Positions 24,548-34,210 are shown, counted from the stretch's first letter. The stretch: 64,000 nt of DNA from Chloroflexota bacterium (GCA_016219275.1 JACRBM010000032.1:28054-92053), one strand, 5' to 3'. Translations and numbers: made by a program. Notes: generated by a model from the letters alone, not told the origin.

Positions 24548-25537
24548 CTAACGCTTCGGCGTCGGTGTTGGATTCGGGTCTGGGTTGCGTGGAAAGTTGG
24601 TGCACCAAAAGAGCGACGCGCCTTCTGCGTGGCACACATCGCATCCAATTTGCGATGCGACGACCGTTCTCAATGTACCTTGGGGATGATGACAGCGTTC
24701 GCAATCTACTTCCAATTGCAAATTGTGCGAGGGCCACGAAGTTAACGTGTGCGCAAAGCGGAGTGTGATGTACGTGTTCAAGTGACGCGCGGCAATCCGT
24801 GAGGGCGCCTCGGTTTCAAATCCGACACTCAACCCGCCCGCGTCGTGACACGCCGTACAATTCACCTGCGGATGCTTGGCGTGTTCCGCCGCGCCGCGCC
24901 CTTTGGTCGGGTCGTGGCAATCCGCGCACTTGACCGGCGCGTTGTGCGCGCCGTGACATTGCGTACACGCCCAACCCTTGTGCGCCGGAGAAATTTTTTG
25001 TTCGGTCATTACTTCAAAGCCGTGGCGACCTTCGTGACAGTGCGCGCACAATTCATTCGCATCGTGAACGGCTTGGTACTGTTTCGTCTCATTGTTCCAA
25101 AACGACAGCGCGGTCGAATACGAATTGCCCACCGGTTGATGGCACACGTCGCAACCGATATTCTGCCATGCGCTCGTCGCCACCGGCACACCACCTTCGA
25201 GGTCAGGTCGCGGCGCGCCGGGCACGCGCTTGCACGCGCCGCAATCCAACGCCGATTGCGCCGCGGGCGCTTTGGCATCCCAGTTGAACGGCGACTTGCA
25301 CCGCGCACACGTGGTGTTCGCGCCCGCGCCGTTATCGAACGTACTCGCATGCCCAGATTGCGTCCAGTCCAGTTTCGCCTTGGCAACTTGAGCGGCGGTC
25401 GCCACGCGCCCGCTTGCTCGCGTTGGCGTTGGCGTCGTCCCAGATTGGCGTGGCGGCGCGGCGGAGACCTGGCTTGTGAGCGAGAACAAACCCAGGAGAA
25501 AGATTAAACCTAAAGCAAATGCAATTTTATTCGTCAT
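24548..25537 (-). CDS. multiheme cytochrome c (7 CxxCH, two CxxCK), paralog of 13271..14119
   Basis: I moved the start to ATG 25537 (MTNKIAFALGLIFLLGLF signal). Motifs CDVCH, CAHCH, CTQCH, CADCH, CTACH, CERCH, CDVCH, plus CARCK and CGACK. Confidence 0.85.
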   Translation of the reverse strand: MTNKIAFALGLIFLLGLFSLTSQVSAAPPRQSGTTPTPTRASGRVATAAQVAKAKLDWTQSGHASTFDNGAGANTTCARCKSPFNWDAKAPAAQSALDCGACKRVPGAPRPDLEGGVPVATSAWQNIGCDVCHQPVGNSYSTALSFWNNETKQYQAVHDANELCAHCHEGRHGFEVMTEQKISPAHKGWACTQCHGAHNAPVKCADCHDPTKGRGAAEHAKHPQVNCTACHDAGGLSVGFETEAPSRIAARHLNTYITLRFAHTLTSWPSHNLQLEVDCERCHHPQGTLRTVVASQIGCDVCHAEGASLFWCTNFPRNPDPNPTPTPKR

Positions 25538-25550
25538 AGATTTTAGACAT

Positions 25551-25578
25551 GTAGGGGCGTTCAACTGAACGCCCCTAC
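25551..25578 (-). repeat. intercistronic GC stem-loop after dmsC copy 3
   Basis: GTAGGGGCGTT / AACGCCCCTAC, 11-bp stem with a 6-nt loop, between dmsC-3 and the cytochrome gene. Confidence 0.7.
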
Positions 25579-25583
25579 AAGTT

Positions 25584-26501
25584 TTACTGCAAACCGAAAT
25601 GCGTCGCCGTGGCGTAGAACAGGAATCGCCCGACGATTTCGCCAACCAGCACAAACGCAAACGCGCTGTACGCGAGAATGCTCAACATCCGTTCGTGTCC
25701 CGCGTTTTGCGCTTCGCGATAAGCAAAGATGCCGAGCACGCCTGCGCCCAGAAACACGAGCACGAGACGCAACGCGAACAGCACACCGTACTCTCCTACG
25801 AACATCGCCGCGCTTGCCGCTGCGCCACTTGCCGCCATCAATGCGATAGACAAGGGCAAGACGACGAACTGAAAACCCAGCAAGACGATGGACGAAATCG
25901 CAATCCAGCGGAGCGCATCGCGCAAGAGTACGCACTGCTCACTCGCGCACCCAGGATTTTTTCTCTGCACGTACCAGTAATTCGCGACGAATGCCGCGCC
26001 CATCGCCAGCACGCCGAGCAACAACGTCGTCGCATAAAACGATACCGGCGTCGTCACTAGATTCCATGCGGGGCGCGTTGGCATCATGTAGACTTGCGAC
26101 ATACTGTACACGAGCGCGACGCCGATGACCGCCGCGATCATCGCGACGACGTTACGCACCGTGAACGTCGCAATCTTTTTCCACTGCATCACCGCAAACA
26201 CCGCGCCCGCCACTGCGAACAACACGCCGAAGAAAATCTCGCGCGAGAGCCACGAGGTTCCCAGGTTCGTCACGGCTTTGTACGCGTTGACCGGATTGCC
26301 GAGGTGCAGGAGCGACGCCGCCATACCGAGCGCGAGCACGGGACCGATCGCGAGGAGCGCGCGGTCGGACAACTCATCCGCTTGTTTCTCGCCCGACTTG
26401 CGGACGACGAAATAGTGGACGATGCCGAGGACGATGAACGATCCTACGGACATTTGGGCGAGGATCGTGAACGTAATCAATGCCCATTCACGCACGTTCA
26501 T
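25584..26501 (-). CDS. dmsC: DMSO-reductase-family membrane anchor subunit, copy 3
   Basis: I moved the start to ATG 26501 (MNVREWALITF). The long track ORF to 26705 overlaps dmsB-3. Confidence 0.85.
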   Translation of the reverse strand: MNVREWALITFTILAQMSVGSFIVLGIVHYFVVRKSGEKQADELSDRALLAIGPVLALGMAASLLHLGNPVNAYKAVTNLGTSWLSREIFFGVLFAVAGAVFAVMQWKKIATFTVRNVVAMIAAVIGVALVYSMSQVYMMPTRPAWNLVTTPVSFYATTLLLGVLAMGAAFVANYWYVQRKNPGCASEQCVLLRDALRWIAISSIVLLGFQFVVLPLSIALMAASGAAASAAMFVGEYGVLFALRLVLVFLGAGVLGIFAYREAQNAGHERMLSILAYSAFAFVLVGEIVGRFLFYATATHFGLQ

Positions 26502-26503
26502 GG

Positions 26504-27127
26504 TTACAACTCCTCCGGCAGATTCATGATCTTGCCTGTGCCTTTGCCGCTCGCTTGCGCGTTGCGATGGGGGGTAACGACCGCGTGCGGTTGAGTGATC
26601 TTTGCCGAGGGCAGGGGTTCGATTTCCGCGAGCGTTCCGTATTTCGCGCGCAGTTCGGCGATGTCGCCAAACTCGATCGCGCGCATCGGGCACGCATCCA
26701 CGCACGCCGGGTTTTGTCCCTGCGCGAGCAGGTCTTCGCAGAAATTACATTTGGTCATCACGCCTTTAGCTTCGTTGAAATGCGGCGCGCCGTACGGACA
26801 CGCCCATTCGCAGTAACGACAACCGACGCATTGATCTTGATTTACCAGGACGACGCCATCCGCGCGCTTGACCATCGCGCCGGTCGGACATGCTTCGACG
26901 CACAGTGGTTTTTCGCAGTGCATGCACGCGAAGGACACACTGTAACTGAAAACGCCATTCGGCATCCAGCGTCCATCTTTCTCGACCCAGTTGCCGCCGC
27001 CGTACAGAACGACGCGACGCCAACGAATTGCCGTCGGCAGATTGTTCTTGTCCTGGCACGCGATTTGACATGCTTTGCAATTCGCGCAGACACTCGAGTT
27101 GATATGAAAGCCAAGTTGCTTTGCCAT
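26504..27127 (-). CDS. dmsB: DMSO-reductase-family 4x[4Fe-4S] subunit, copy 3
   Basis: MAKQLGFHINSSVCANCKACQIACQD... with DmsB-type Cys groups. Confidence 0.9.
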   Translation of the reverse strand: MAKQLGFHINSSVCANCKACQIACQDKNNLPTAIRWRRVVLYGGGNWVEKDGRWMPNGVFSYSVSFACMHCEKPLCVEACPTGAMVKRADGVVLVNQDQCVGCRYCEWACPYGAPHFNEAKGVMTKCNFCEDLLAQGQNPACVDACPMRAIEFGDIAELRAKYGTLAEIEPLPSAKITQPHAVVTPHRNAQASGKGTGKIMNLPEEL

Positions 27128-27130
27128 CGC

Positions 27131-29803
27131 TTATGCCTCCTTGACCGGGATTCGCGGCGACCATTGATAGTCGGGTTTGAGTTCGATGGACCCCGTGTAC
27201 TTTTCGACCTGAACGTTACACGTGTTCCAACCAGAGACACCTTGACCGGTCGGAACCGATCCGTTGATGATGTTATCCGCACCGGCTTTATCCACGCCGC
27301 TTGCTTCATCCATTTCGACCCACGCGCCGTGCGGCAACGTGACGACGCCGGGCAAAATGCGTTCGCTCAAACTGACGGGGCGAATCGCTTTGCCATGGCG
27401 ACTCTTGATCAACACGATATCGCCGTGTTTGATGCCGCGCGCTTCCGCATCAATCGGGTTCATAAAGAACTCGTGCGGGAAGGCGCGCCGCAATTGCTGA
27501 ATGTTGTCAAAGACCGAGTGCGAGCGGCGATAATAGTGAATCGTGTAGAGTTGCAGTGGGAACTCGCCCTTGACCTTGGCTTTGAAATCTTTGAAGGTCG
27601 CTTCGTACCCTTCCTGCGCCGGATTGTAGGTCGGGATCGGTTTGATCGTTGACCAGCCGCGCGACTCGATAATGTCCGCGAGCGTCTTGCTGTGGATTTC
27701 GAGTTTGCCGGATTTGGTCGGCAAGCGATTCTTTTCCGGATCGTCGCGGAATGCCTTGAGCGCGACGTACTCGAAATTGTCGCCTGGCTTGCGCGGCACT
27801 TGATAGAATCCCAGTTCTTGGAATTTTTGGAGCGACACGCGCCCGGCTTGCGGCTTGACGATAATCCCCACCTCTGCGAGCGACTTGACATCGCTTTCCG
27901 TGATCGTCACTAGCGGCTCGGTCGTCTTGCCGTCTTCCTTGAGAACCTTGGAACCGACGATTTGATTGTAAACTTGTTGCGCGTTCGAAAGCGGCGCAAT
28001 CTTGGTCGCATCGAGACCCAGGCGTTTGCCAAGTTCCGCCGCGATCCACATGTCGTCGCGCGCTTCAAACAACGGCTTGGTCACTTGCTGACCCCAGATC
28101 AGACCAAACTCGCGATTGCCGGTAATAATCATCCCACCATCGCGTTCCCACGCCGTTGTCACCGGCAAAACCACATCGGAGTACCGCGCATTTGTCGTGA
28201 GGATTTGCGCGTTGCTGACGACGAACTCGACCTTGCGATGCGCTTCGATGCCATCGTTCATGCCGTCCGCGGTTTGGAGTTTGGCGCCGCCGCCGTGATA
28301 GATCATTTGAACGTTCAGGTCGCGCCACTGCCCCTTGACGGCTTGATACTTGCCCTTGGCAATCGCGTTCCACATCCACGATTCGCACAAGCGCGTGCCG
28401 GGAACTTGGGGTAATGCTGTCCACGGATCCGCCGCTTTTTCTTCGACGGGATTCGCGCCGACGCTTGGCAACCCACTACTGCCGGGCTGGACGATATCCA
28501 CCATGCAACGCAGTCCGCTGAAACCTTGGTGATAGTAACCGTCCGCCGTAAAACTGCCGGGCTTGCCAATGTGCCCGCTCATCGCGCCGAACGTGTAGAA
28601 CATTTGGGGCCACGAATCCGCGTTCTGCTGACGGCAGGTCGCGCTCGACATACCCAAGCCAACGTTTTTCGTCTTGGCGATTTCGAGCGCAAGCGAACGA
28701 ATGCGGCTCGCATCCACACCACAGATCGCCGCTGCCCATTCCGGCGTTTTAGGCACCCCGTCGTACGTGCCGAGCACATAGTCTTTGAAATTTTCTTTGG
28801 GATCCGCGCCGGCGGGCATGTGGTCTTTGTCGAACCCGACCGTGCAACGATTCAAGAAATCCCAGTCAATCAATGGATTCGTTTTGGCATCGTCTTCGGC
28901 GAGCAACGCGTGCGCCATGCCCAACACCATCGCGTGATCGGTGTTCGGGCGAATTGGAATCCACTCATCCGCGAGAACCTGGGCGGCATCCGTGTAGTAC
29001 GGATCAATCGCAATGATCTTGGCGCCGTTCTTGCGATCTTGCAGATGGTTGAAGGTGGGATTGCCGCCGCTACTCGAAATCGAGTTGAGTCCCCAGTGCA
29101 CGAACAAGGTCGTCTTGCGATGATCCATGCGATCATTCATCATCACGTTCGTGTACGCGGTGTAACCCAGCACCGTCGTCTTGGTCGAGTGGAGGGTGCC
29201 ACCCGAGGTCGTGCCATAACTGGGAACGTATCCGCCGAACAGTGTCAGCGTGCGACCGATCTCGGAACCACCTGGAACAAAGATGGACGTGTTGCCGTAC
29301 TTGGCTTGAATGCGAATAATTTCATTCGCGACGATAGTCAGTGCCTCGTCCCAGGAAATCCGCACCCATTCGTCCTTGCCGCGCAATTCTTTCTTGCCGC
29401 CGCCGGGCGCCCAGTTCTTGCGCTTCATCGGGTACTTGATGCGATCCGCGCCAAAGACCTGGTGCCGTTGCGAGCGACCGCGCGCACAACCACGTTGTTG
29501 TGGAAAGTTCGGGCTGTCTTCGTGCGTGTCATCCGTTTTTTGGCGCGTCACCACGCCGTCTTGGACGAGCGCGTAATTGACACACCGACCACCGCAGTTG
29601 TGCCAGCACGCGACCGAAACCCACTTGGCTTCCTTCGCGGCGGCGGGCGCTGCCGCGACTGTTTCAGTGAATTTCAAACCCAGGTCTAACCCGCTACTTG
29701 CCAATGCGGCAGTTCCGCCGAGCGCCGCGCTCCATTTCAAGAAACTGCGCCGCGTCATTGGCGTCGCGGTCAATGGTCGAGTGAAATTGTCTTGATCACT
29801 CAT
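27131..29803 (-). CDS. dmsA: Tat-exported DmsA-like catalytic subunit, copy 3
   Basis: ATG 29803 is preceded by GAAGGAG. Tat motif TRRSFLKW. CWHNCGGRC cluster. It is the most divergent body of the four, with several insertions. Confidence 0.9.
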   Translation of the reverse strand: MSDQDNFTRPLTATPMTRRSFLKWSAALGGTAALASSGLDLGLKFTETVAAAPAAAKEAKWVSVACWHNCGGRCVNYALVQDGVVTRQKTDDTHEDSPNFPQQRGCARGRSQRHQVFGADRIKYPMKRKNWAPGGGKKELRGKDEWVRISWDEALTIVANEIIRIQAKYGNTSIFVPGGSEIGRTLTLFGGYVPSYGTTSGGTLHSTKTTVLGYTAYTNVMMNDRMDHRKTTLFVHWGLNSISSSGGNPTFNHLQDRKNGAKIIAIDPYYTDAAQVLADEWIPIRPNTDHAMVLGMAHALLAEDDAKTNPLIDWDFLNRCTVGFDKDHMPAGADPKENFKDYVLGTYDGVPKTPEWAAAICGVDASRIRSLALEIAKTKNVGLGMSSATCRQQNADSWPQMFYTFGAMSGHIGKPGSFTADGYYHQGFSGLRCMVDIVQPGSSGLPSVGANPVEEKAADPWTALPQVPGTRLCESWMWNAIAKGKYQAVKGQWRDLNVQMIYHGGGAKLQTADGMNDGIEAHRKVEFVVSNAQILTTNARYSDVVLPVTTAWERDGGMIITGNREFGLIWGQQVTKPLFEARDDMWIAAELGKRLGLDATKIAPLSNAQQVYNQIVGSKVLKEDGKTTEPLVTITESDVKSLAEVGIIVKPQAGRVSLQKFQELGFYQVPRKPGDNFEYVALKAFRDDPEKNRLPTKSGKLEIHSKTLADIIESRGWSTIKPIPTYNPAQEGYEATFKDFKAKVKGEFPLQLYTIHYYRRSHSVFDNIQQLRRAFPHEFFMNPIDAEARGIKHGDIVLIKSRHGKAIRPVSLSERILPGVVTLPHGAWVEMDEASGVDKAGADNIINGSVPTGQGVSGWNTCNVQVEKYTGSIELKPDYQWSPRIPVKEA

Positions 29804-29844
29804 TTGCGTCTCCTTCAATCGTTTGAATCATCCGATTTCTGTTT

Positions 29845-29879
29845 TCGGTTGGGCAGAGCGATTGACCCTGCCCAACCGA
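29845..29879 (-). other. intercistronic stem-loop between dmsC-4 and dmsA-3
   Basis: TCGGTTGGGCAG / CTGCCCAACCGA, 12-bp stem with an 11-nt loop. No U-tract. Confidence 0.6.
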
Positions 29880-29895
29880 TTTCAACGGTCACGAA

Positions 29896-30810
29896 CTACT
29901 GCAATCCGAAATGCGTTGCAGTCGCGTAGAACAAAAAGCGTCCCAATACTTCGCCGACCAACACGAACGCAAACGCGACGTAGGCGACCGTGCCCATCAC
30001 CTTCTCTTGCCCAGGACTCGACGCCGCGCGATACAAGAAAATGCCGAGCACGCCCGCACCCAGGAACACCAACACCAAGCGTAGTCCGAACATGATGCCG
30101 AATTCGCCCACGAGCATCGCGGCGCTCACCGCATCGGTTCCCGCCATCTGCGCGATCCACAGCGGCAACAGCACGAACTGGAAACCCAGGAGTACGATGG
30201 ATGCCGTTGCAAACCAGCGTAGCGTGTCGCGCAACAGTACGCATTGATCGCTCGCGCACCCAGGGTTCTTGCTCTGCACGTACCAATAGTTCGCGACAAA
30301 CGCCGCGCCCATCGCGAACACACCGAGCAACAAGGTTGTCGCAAAGAACGAAAGCGGCGTCGTCACCAGATTCCAACTCGGGCGCGTCGGCATCATGTAG
30401 ACCATGGACATGCTGAACACCAACGCCACGCCAATCGCTGCCGCGACCCACGCGACGATATTGCGAATCTGAAACGTCGCGATCTTTTTCCATTGCATCA
30501 CGGCGAACACCGCGCCCGCGACCGCGAACAACACACCGAAGAAAATCTCGCGCGAGAGCCACGAGGTCGCCAGATTCGTGACCGCTTTGTACGCGTTGAT
30601 CGGATTGCCGAGGTGCAGCAGCGATGCCGCCATGCCGAGCGCGAGCACAGGACCGATCGCGAGGAGCGCGCGGTCGGAGAGTTCGTCCGCTTGCTTCTCG
30701 CCGGATTTTTTCGCGGTGAAGTAGTGGACGATACCCAGCACGATGAACGAGCCAACCGACATCTGTGCCAGGATCGTAAACGTAATCAATGCCCATTCGC
30801 GAACGTTCAT
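29896..30810 (-). CDS. dmsC: DMSO-reductase-family membrane anchor subunit, copy 4
   Basis: I moved the start to ATG 30810 (MNVREWALITF). Eight-helix DmsC pattern. Confidence 0.85.
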   Translation of the reverse strand: MNVREWALITFTILAQMSVGSFIVLGIVHYFTAKKSGEKQADELSDRALLAIGPVLALGMAASLLHLGNPINAYKAVTNLATSWLSREIFFGVLFAVAGAVFAVMQWKKIATFQIRNIVAWVAAAIGVALVFSMSMVYMMPTRPSWNLVTTPLSFFATTLLLGVFAMGAAFVANYWYVQSKNPGCASDQCVLLRDTLRWFATASIVLLGFQFVLLPLWIAQMAGTDAVSAAMLVGEFGIMFGLRLVLVFLGAGVLGIFLYRAASSPGQEKVMGTVAYVAFAFVLVGEVLGRFLFYATATHFGLQ

Positions 30811-30811
30811 G

Positions 30812-31435
30812 TTACAACTCCTCCGGCAGATTGAGAATTGTGCCTGTGCCTTTGCCAACTGGTTGCGCCTGGCGATTTGGCGTAATCACCAAATGCGGTT
30901 GCGTGATCGTCGCGACCGGCAACGGCTCGACCGCGCTGACGTTGCCGTGCTTGGCGCGCAGTTCGGCAATGTCGCCAAAATCGAGCGCGCGCAACGGACA
31001 CGCGTCCACGCACGCGGGGTTCTGACCCTGGGCGAGCAAGTCCTCACAGAAATTGCATTTGGTCATCACGCCTTTGGCTTCGTCGAATTGCGGCGCGCCG
31101 TACGGACATGCCCATTCGCAATACCGGCAACCCACGCACTGATCTTGATTGATCAGGATCACGCCGTCGGCGCGTTTGACCAGCGCGGTCGTTGGGCACG
31201 CGTTCACGCACAGGGGATTCTCGCAGTGATTACAACTCAGCGAAAGGTTGTAACCAAACACATTGTTCGGGATCCATTGATCGCCTTGCGGAACCCAACT
31301 GCCGCCCGCGTACTCGAACACGCGACGCCAGCAGACGCCCAGCGGCAAATTGTTTTTATCCTTGCACGCGATTTGGCAGGTTTTGCAACCGACGCACGCG
31401 CTCGAATCGAAATAGAATCCAAGTTGCTTTGCCAT
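30812..31435 (-). CDS. dmsB: DMSO-reductase-family 4x[4Fe-4S] subunit, copy 4
   Basis: MAKQLGFYFDSSACVGCKTCQIACKD... with DmsB-type Cys groups. Confidence 0.9.
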   Translation of the reverse strand: MAKQLGFYFDSSACVGCKTCQIACKDKNNLPLGVCWRRVFEYAGGSWVPQGDQWIPNNVFGYNLSLSCNHCENPLCVNACPTTALVKRADGVILINQDQCVGCRYCEWACPYGAPQFDEAKGVMTKCNFCEDLLAQGQNPACVDACPLRALDFGDIAELRAKHGNVSAVEPLPVATITQPHLVITPNRQAQPVGKGTGTILNLPEEL

Positions 31436-31438
31436 CGC

Positions 31439-34030
31439 TTATGCCTCCTTGATTGGAACGCGCGGCGACCATTTGTAATCTGGTTCGAGCGGCTTGCCGT
31501 TCCATTTTTCGACTTGCACGACACACGCTTGCCACGATTCGATGTCCGGTCCCGACGCGTAATCGCCCGAGAGGGTATTCGTCGCGCCGGCAATGTCGTT
31601 GCCGTTCTCGTCGAATTCGGGCCACGCGCCTTCGCCGAGGAACACGACGCCGGGTCGCGCGCGCGGGGTGACGCTCACGCGGCGCAGGACGGCGCCGCTC
31701 TTGTTAAAGATGCGCACCGTATCGCCGTGTTTGATTCCGCGCGCGTCGGCGTCCAGCGTGTTGATCATCAATTCTTGGGGCCATGCTTCGCGCAACCAGG
31801 TCACGTTGTCGAGCACCGAGTGCGAGCGGCGCGGATAGTGAATGTTGCACAGTTGGAGTGGGAATTGACCTTTAACCTGCTTTTCCCAATCCGCAAACGT
31901 CGCTTCGTACCCTTCGGTCGGCGGATCGTACACCGCGATGGGATAGCCCTGATTCCATCCGGCATTCGTCACCAAATCCGCTAATTCTTTCGAGTGCAAC
32001 TGTAGTTTGCCGGATTTGGTTTGAAGCGGGTTCGCTTTCGGATCTTTGCGGAATTTTTCAAGGTGAACGTAACCGAGTTTGTCGCCCATCTTGCGCGGCA
32101 CCGCGTAAAATCCTTGCTCGCGAAATTCTTTGAGCGTGATGCGACCTTGTTGTGGTTTGCCGGTCACACCCATCGTCTTGATGTCCTCGTCCGTGATCGT
32201 GACGAGCGGTTCCATACCGGAACCATCAGTCTTCATCACTTTAGCGCCAACCACGATATTGAACGTGCTCTGCGCCTCGGTGAGCGGATTGACTTTGGAG
32301 ACATCCAAACCCAGGCGTTTGGCGATTTCGACCGCGATCCACATATCGTCTTTCGCTTCGAACATTGGTTGCACAACCTGGCTCGCCCAGACGACGAGTT
32401 CGCGATTGCCGGCTTGGAAATTCGAGTAGCGTTCCCAGGGTGTCGTCACCGGGAGCACCAGGTCGGAGTACTTGGCATTGCTGTTCAACCCGTACTGCTG
32501 AGTAACGACGAACTCGACTTTGCGATGCGCGGCGATGCCTTTGTTGATGTTGTTCGTTTGATTCAGGCGCGAGCCGCCGCCGTGATAGATCATTTGAATG
32601 TTGATGTCTTTTTTCGCGCCTTTGCCGGCGGTGTACTTGCCGGTCATGATCGCGTCCCAGTGTTCGTTACTGCACAGACGAATCTTGGTCAGCGGATTCG
32701 CGACCGCCGGCGTGCCGGCAGAACCCAGGGTCACGAGCGAGGGACCGCCGTTCGACGCGGAGTTGTGGCAACTGATTCCGCACGAGCCGCCGGAAATGCC
32801 CATATTGCCGGTCATCGCGCCCAGACTGATCACCGCGAAACAAACGTGTTGCGATTTTTCGACGCGCGCCGAGTTCCAACCAAAGAGGAGCGCAGTCGGT
32901 TTGGTGCGCGCAACTTCGAGCGCGAACGAACGAATTTTTTCGGCGGGCACACCGCAGATGCGCGCCGCCCATTGCGGCGTCTTGGGCGTGTTGTCGTACG
33001 TGCCGAGCACGTAATCCTTGAAACTTTCTTTCGGGTCCGCGCCCTCGGGCATGTGGTCTTTGTCGAACCCGACGGTACACCGAGTGAGGAAATCCCAGTC
33101 AATCAATGGGTTCGCTTTCGGATCGTCTTCGGTGAGCATCACGTACGCCATCGCCAACAGCATCGGCGTGTCGGTGGTCGGGCGAATGGGAATCCATTCG
33201 TCCGCAAGAATACTGGCGGTTGGATTGAAGAACGGATCAACGAAAATGAATTTCGTGCCCGCGCGTTTGGCTTGCAAAAAATTGTAGGACGCCAATCCCA
33301 TGCTACTCCACGCGGGATTGTTCCCCCACATCACGATCAATTTTGAATTGACCAAATCGAAGCGGTCGTTCATTTCGCTTTGCGCGGTCGTGCCCGTGAT
33401 GGGTTGTTGTCCCAATCGCCACGCGCCGCGTGAAGTGCTGCCGTAATTTTCGACGTACCCGCCGGCAAGCGCGAGCGTGCGTTGAATTTCACTGCCGCCG
33501 GTGCAGTAGATAGATTCGTTGCCGTACTTTTCCTTGATGCGTTTGGTTTCGCTCGTAACGATGTCGAGCGCTTCATCCCAGGTAATGCGTACCCATTCGT
33601 CTTTGCCGCGCAATTCTTTTTTGCCGCCGCCCGGCGCCCAGTTCTTGCGCTTCATCGGGTACTTCAAGCGGTCGCTGGAAAACGCTTGCATCCGTTGCGA
33701 ACGACCGCGCAAACATCCGCGTTGCTGCGGAAAATCCGGCGTGTCGGGGTGCGTGTCGTCGGTCTTGACGCGCGTGACGACGCCATCGGTCACGTACGCG
33801 CGAATCGGACAACGTCCGCCGCAATTGTGCCAGCACGCCGCGGCAACCCACTTGCCTTCTTTCGCCGGGGCAACCGTCGCCGGCGCGGCATGGGTTGGTT
33901 TCAAACCAACATCCACCCCACTACTTGCCAACACGGCAGTGCCACCCAACGCCGCGCTCCATTTCAAGAACGTGCGCCGGGAAAGCAAGGTGTCGGTTAA
34001 GGCGCGAGTGACCACATCTTTTTCACTCAT
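31439..34030 (-). CDS. dmsA: Tat-exported DmsA-like catalytic subunit, copy 4
   Basis: RBS GGGAGGA. Tat motif SRRTFLKW. CWHNCGGRC cluster. DmsA-like throughout. Confidence 0.9.
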   Translation of the reverse strand: MSEKDVVTRALTDTLLSRRTFLKWSAALGGTAVLASSGVDVGLKPTHAAPATVAPAKEGKWVAAACWHNCGGRCPIRAYVTDGVVTRVKTDDTHPDTPDFPQQRGCLRGRSQRMQAFSSDRLKYPMKRKNWAPGGGKKELRGKDEWVRITWDEALDIVTSETKRIKEKYGNESIYCTGGSEIQRTLALAGGYVENYGSTSRGAWRLGQQPITGTTAQSEMNDRFDLVNSKLIVMWGNNPAWSSMGLASYNFLQAKRAGTKFIFVDPFFNPTASILADEWIPIRPTTDTPMLLAMAYVMLTEDDPKANPLIDWDFLTRCTVGFDKDHMPEGADPKESFKDYVLGTYDNTPKTPQWAARICGVPAEKIRSFALEVARTKPTALLFGWNSARVEKSQHVCFAVISLGAMTGNMGISGGSCGISCHNSASNGGPSLVTLGSAGTPAVANPLTKIRLCSNEHWDAIMTGKYTAGKGAKKDINIQMIYHGGGSRLNQTNNINKGIAAHRKVEFVVTQQYGLNSNAKYSDLVLPVTTPWERYSNFQAGNRELVVWASQVVQPMFEAKDDMWIAVEIAKRLGLDVSKVNPLTEAQSTFNIVVGAKVMKTDGSGMEPLVTITDEDIKTMGVTGKPQQGRITLKEFREQGFYAVPRKMGDKLGYVHLEKFRKDPKANPLQTKSGKLQLHSKELADLVTNAGWNQGYPIAVYDPPTEGYEATFADWEKQVKGQFPLQLCNIHYPRRSHSVLDNVTWLREAWPQELMINTLDADARGIKHGDTVRIFNKSGAVLRRVSVTPRARPGVVFLGEGAWPEFDENGNDIAGATNTLSGDYASGPDIESWQACVVQVEKWNGKPLEPDYKWSPRVPIKEA

Positions 34031-34052
34031 TGGCTTTTCCTCCCAATTGATT

Positions 34053-34098
34053 CAAAACAAAAATCCCTGCCCTTGCGCGGAACGCGCAGAAGGCAGGG
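34053..34098 (-). terminator. intrinsic-terminator-like hairpin inside the dmsA-4 leader (attenuator candidate)
   Basis: Minus strand: CCCTGCCTTCTGCGCG-TT-CCGCGCAAGGGCAGGG followed by ATTTTTGTTTT, about 20 nt before the dmsA-4 RBS. Confidence 0.6.
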
Positions 34099-34140
34099 AA
34101 AAATGACACTGACTCCTGAAAACGGTACGTTCAACTGTTT

Positions 34141-34194
34141 TCAGAATACGCTAAAATGATGGCGGGCGCATCTCTCTTTGGAGTAATCCGGCAT
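34141..34194 (-). CDS. candidate 17-codon leader peptide (uORF) MPDYSKERCARHHFSVF
   Basis: The ATG overlaps the TGA of the response-regulator gene (TGATG). The stop lies in the 5' arm of hairpin CTGAAAACAG...CCGTTTTCAG. Counterpart of 22635-22688. Confidence 0.35.
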   Translation of the reverse strand: MPDYSKERCARHHFSVF

Positions 34195-34210
34195 CACCCG
34201 GTTGGGTGAT
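34193..34210. repeat. copy 3 of palindrome ATCACCC-GGTT-GGGTGAT
   Basis: Part of a ~50-nt block shared with 22660-22710 (GCGCATCTCTCTTTGGAGTAAT..GGCATCACCCGGTTGGGTGATTTT). Confidence 0.75.

Noticed and set aside
14164-34030. The four dmsABC modules as an assembly duplication artefact
   Set aside because: The catalytic subunits differ substantially in sequence and length, and the intervening genes and spacers differ. The copies are therefore real paralogs, although copy number should still be confirmed with long reads.
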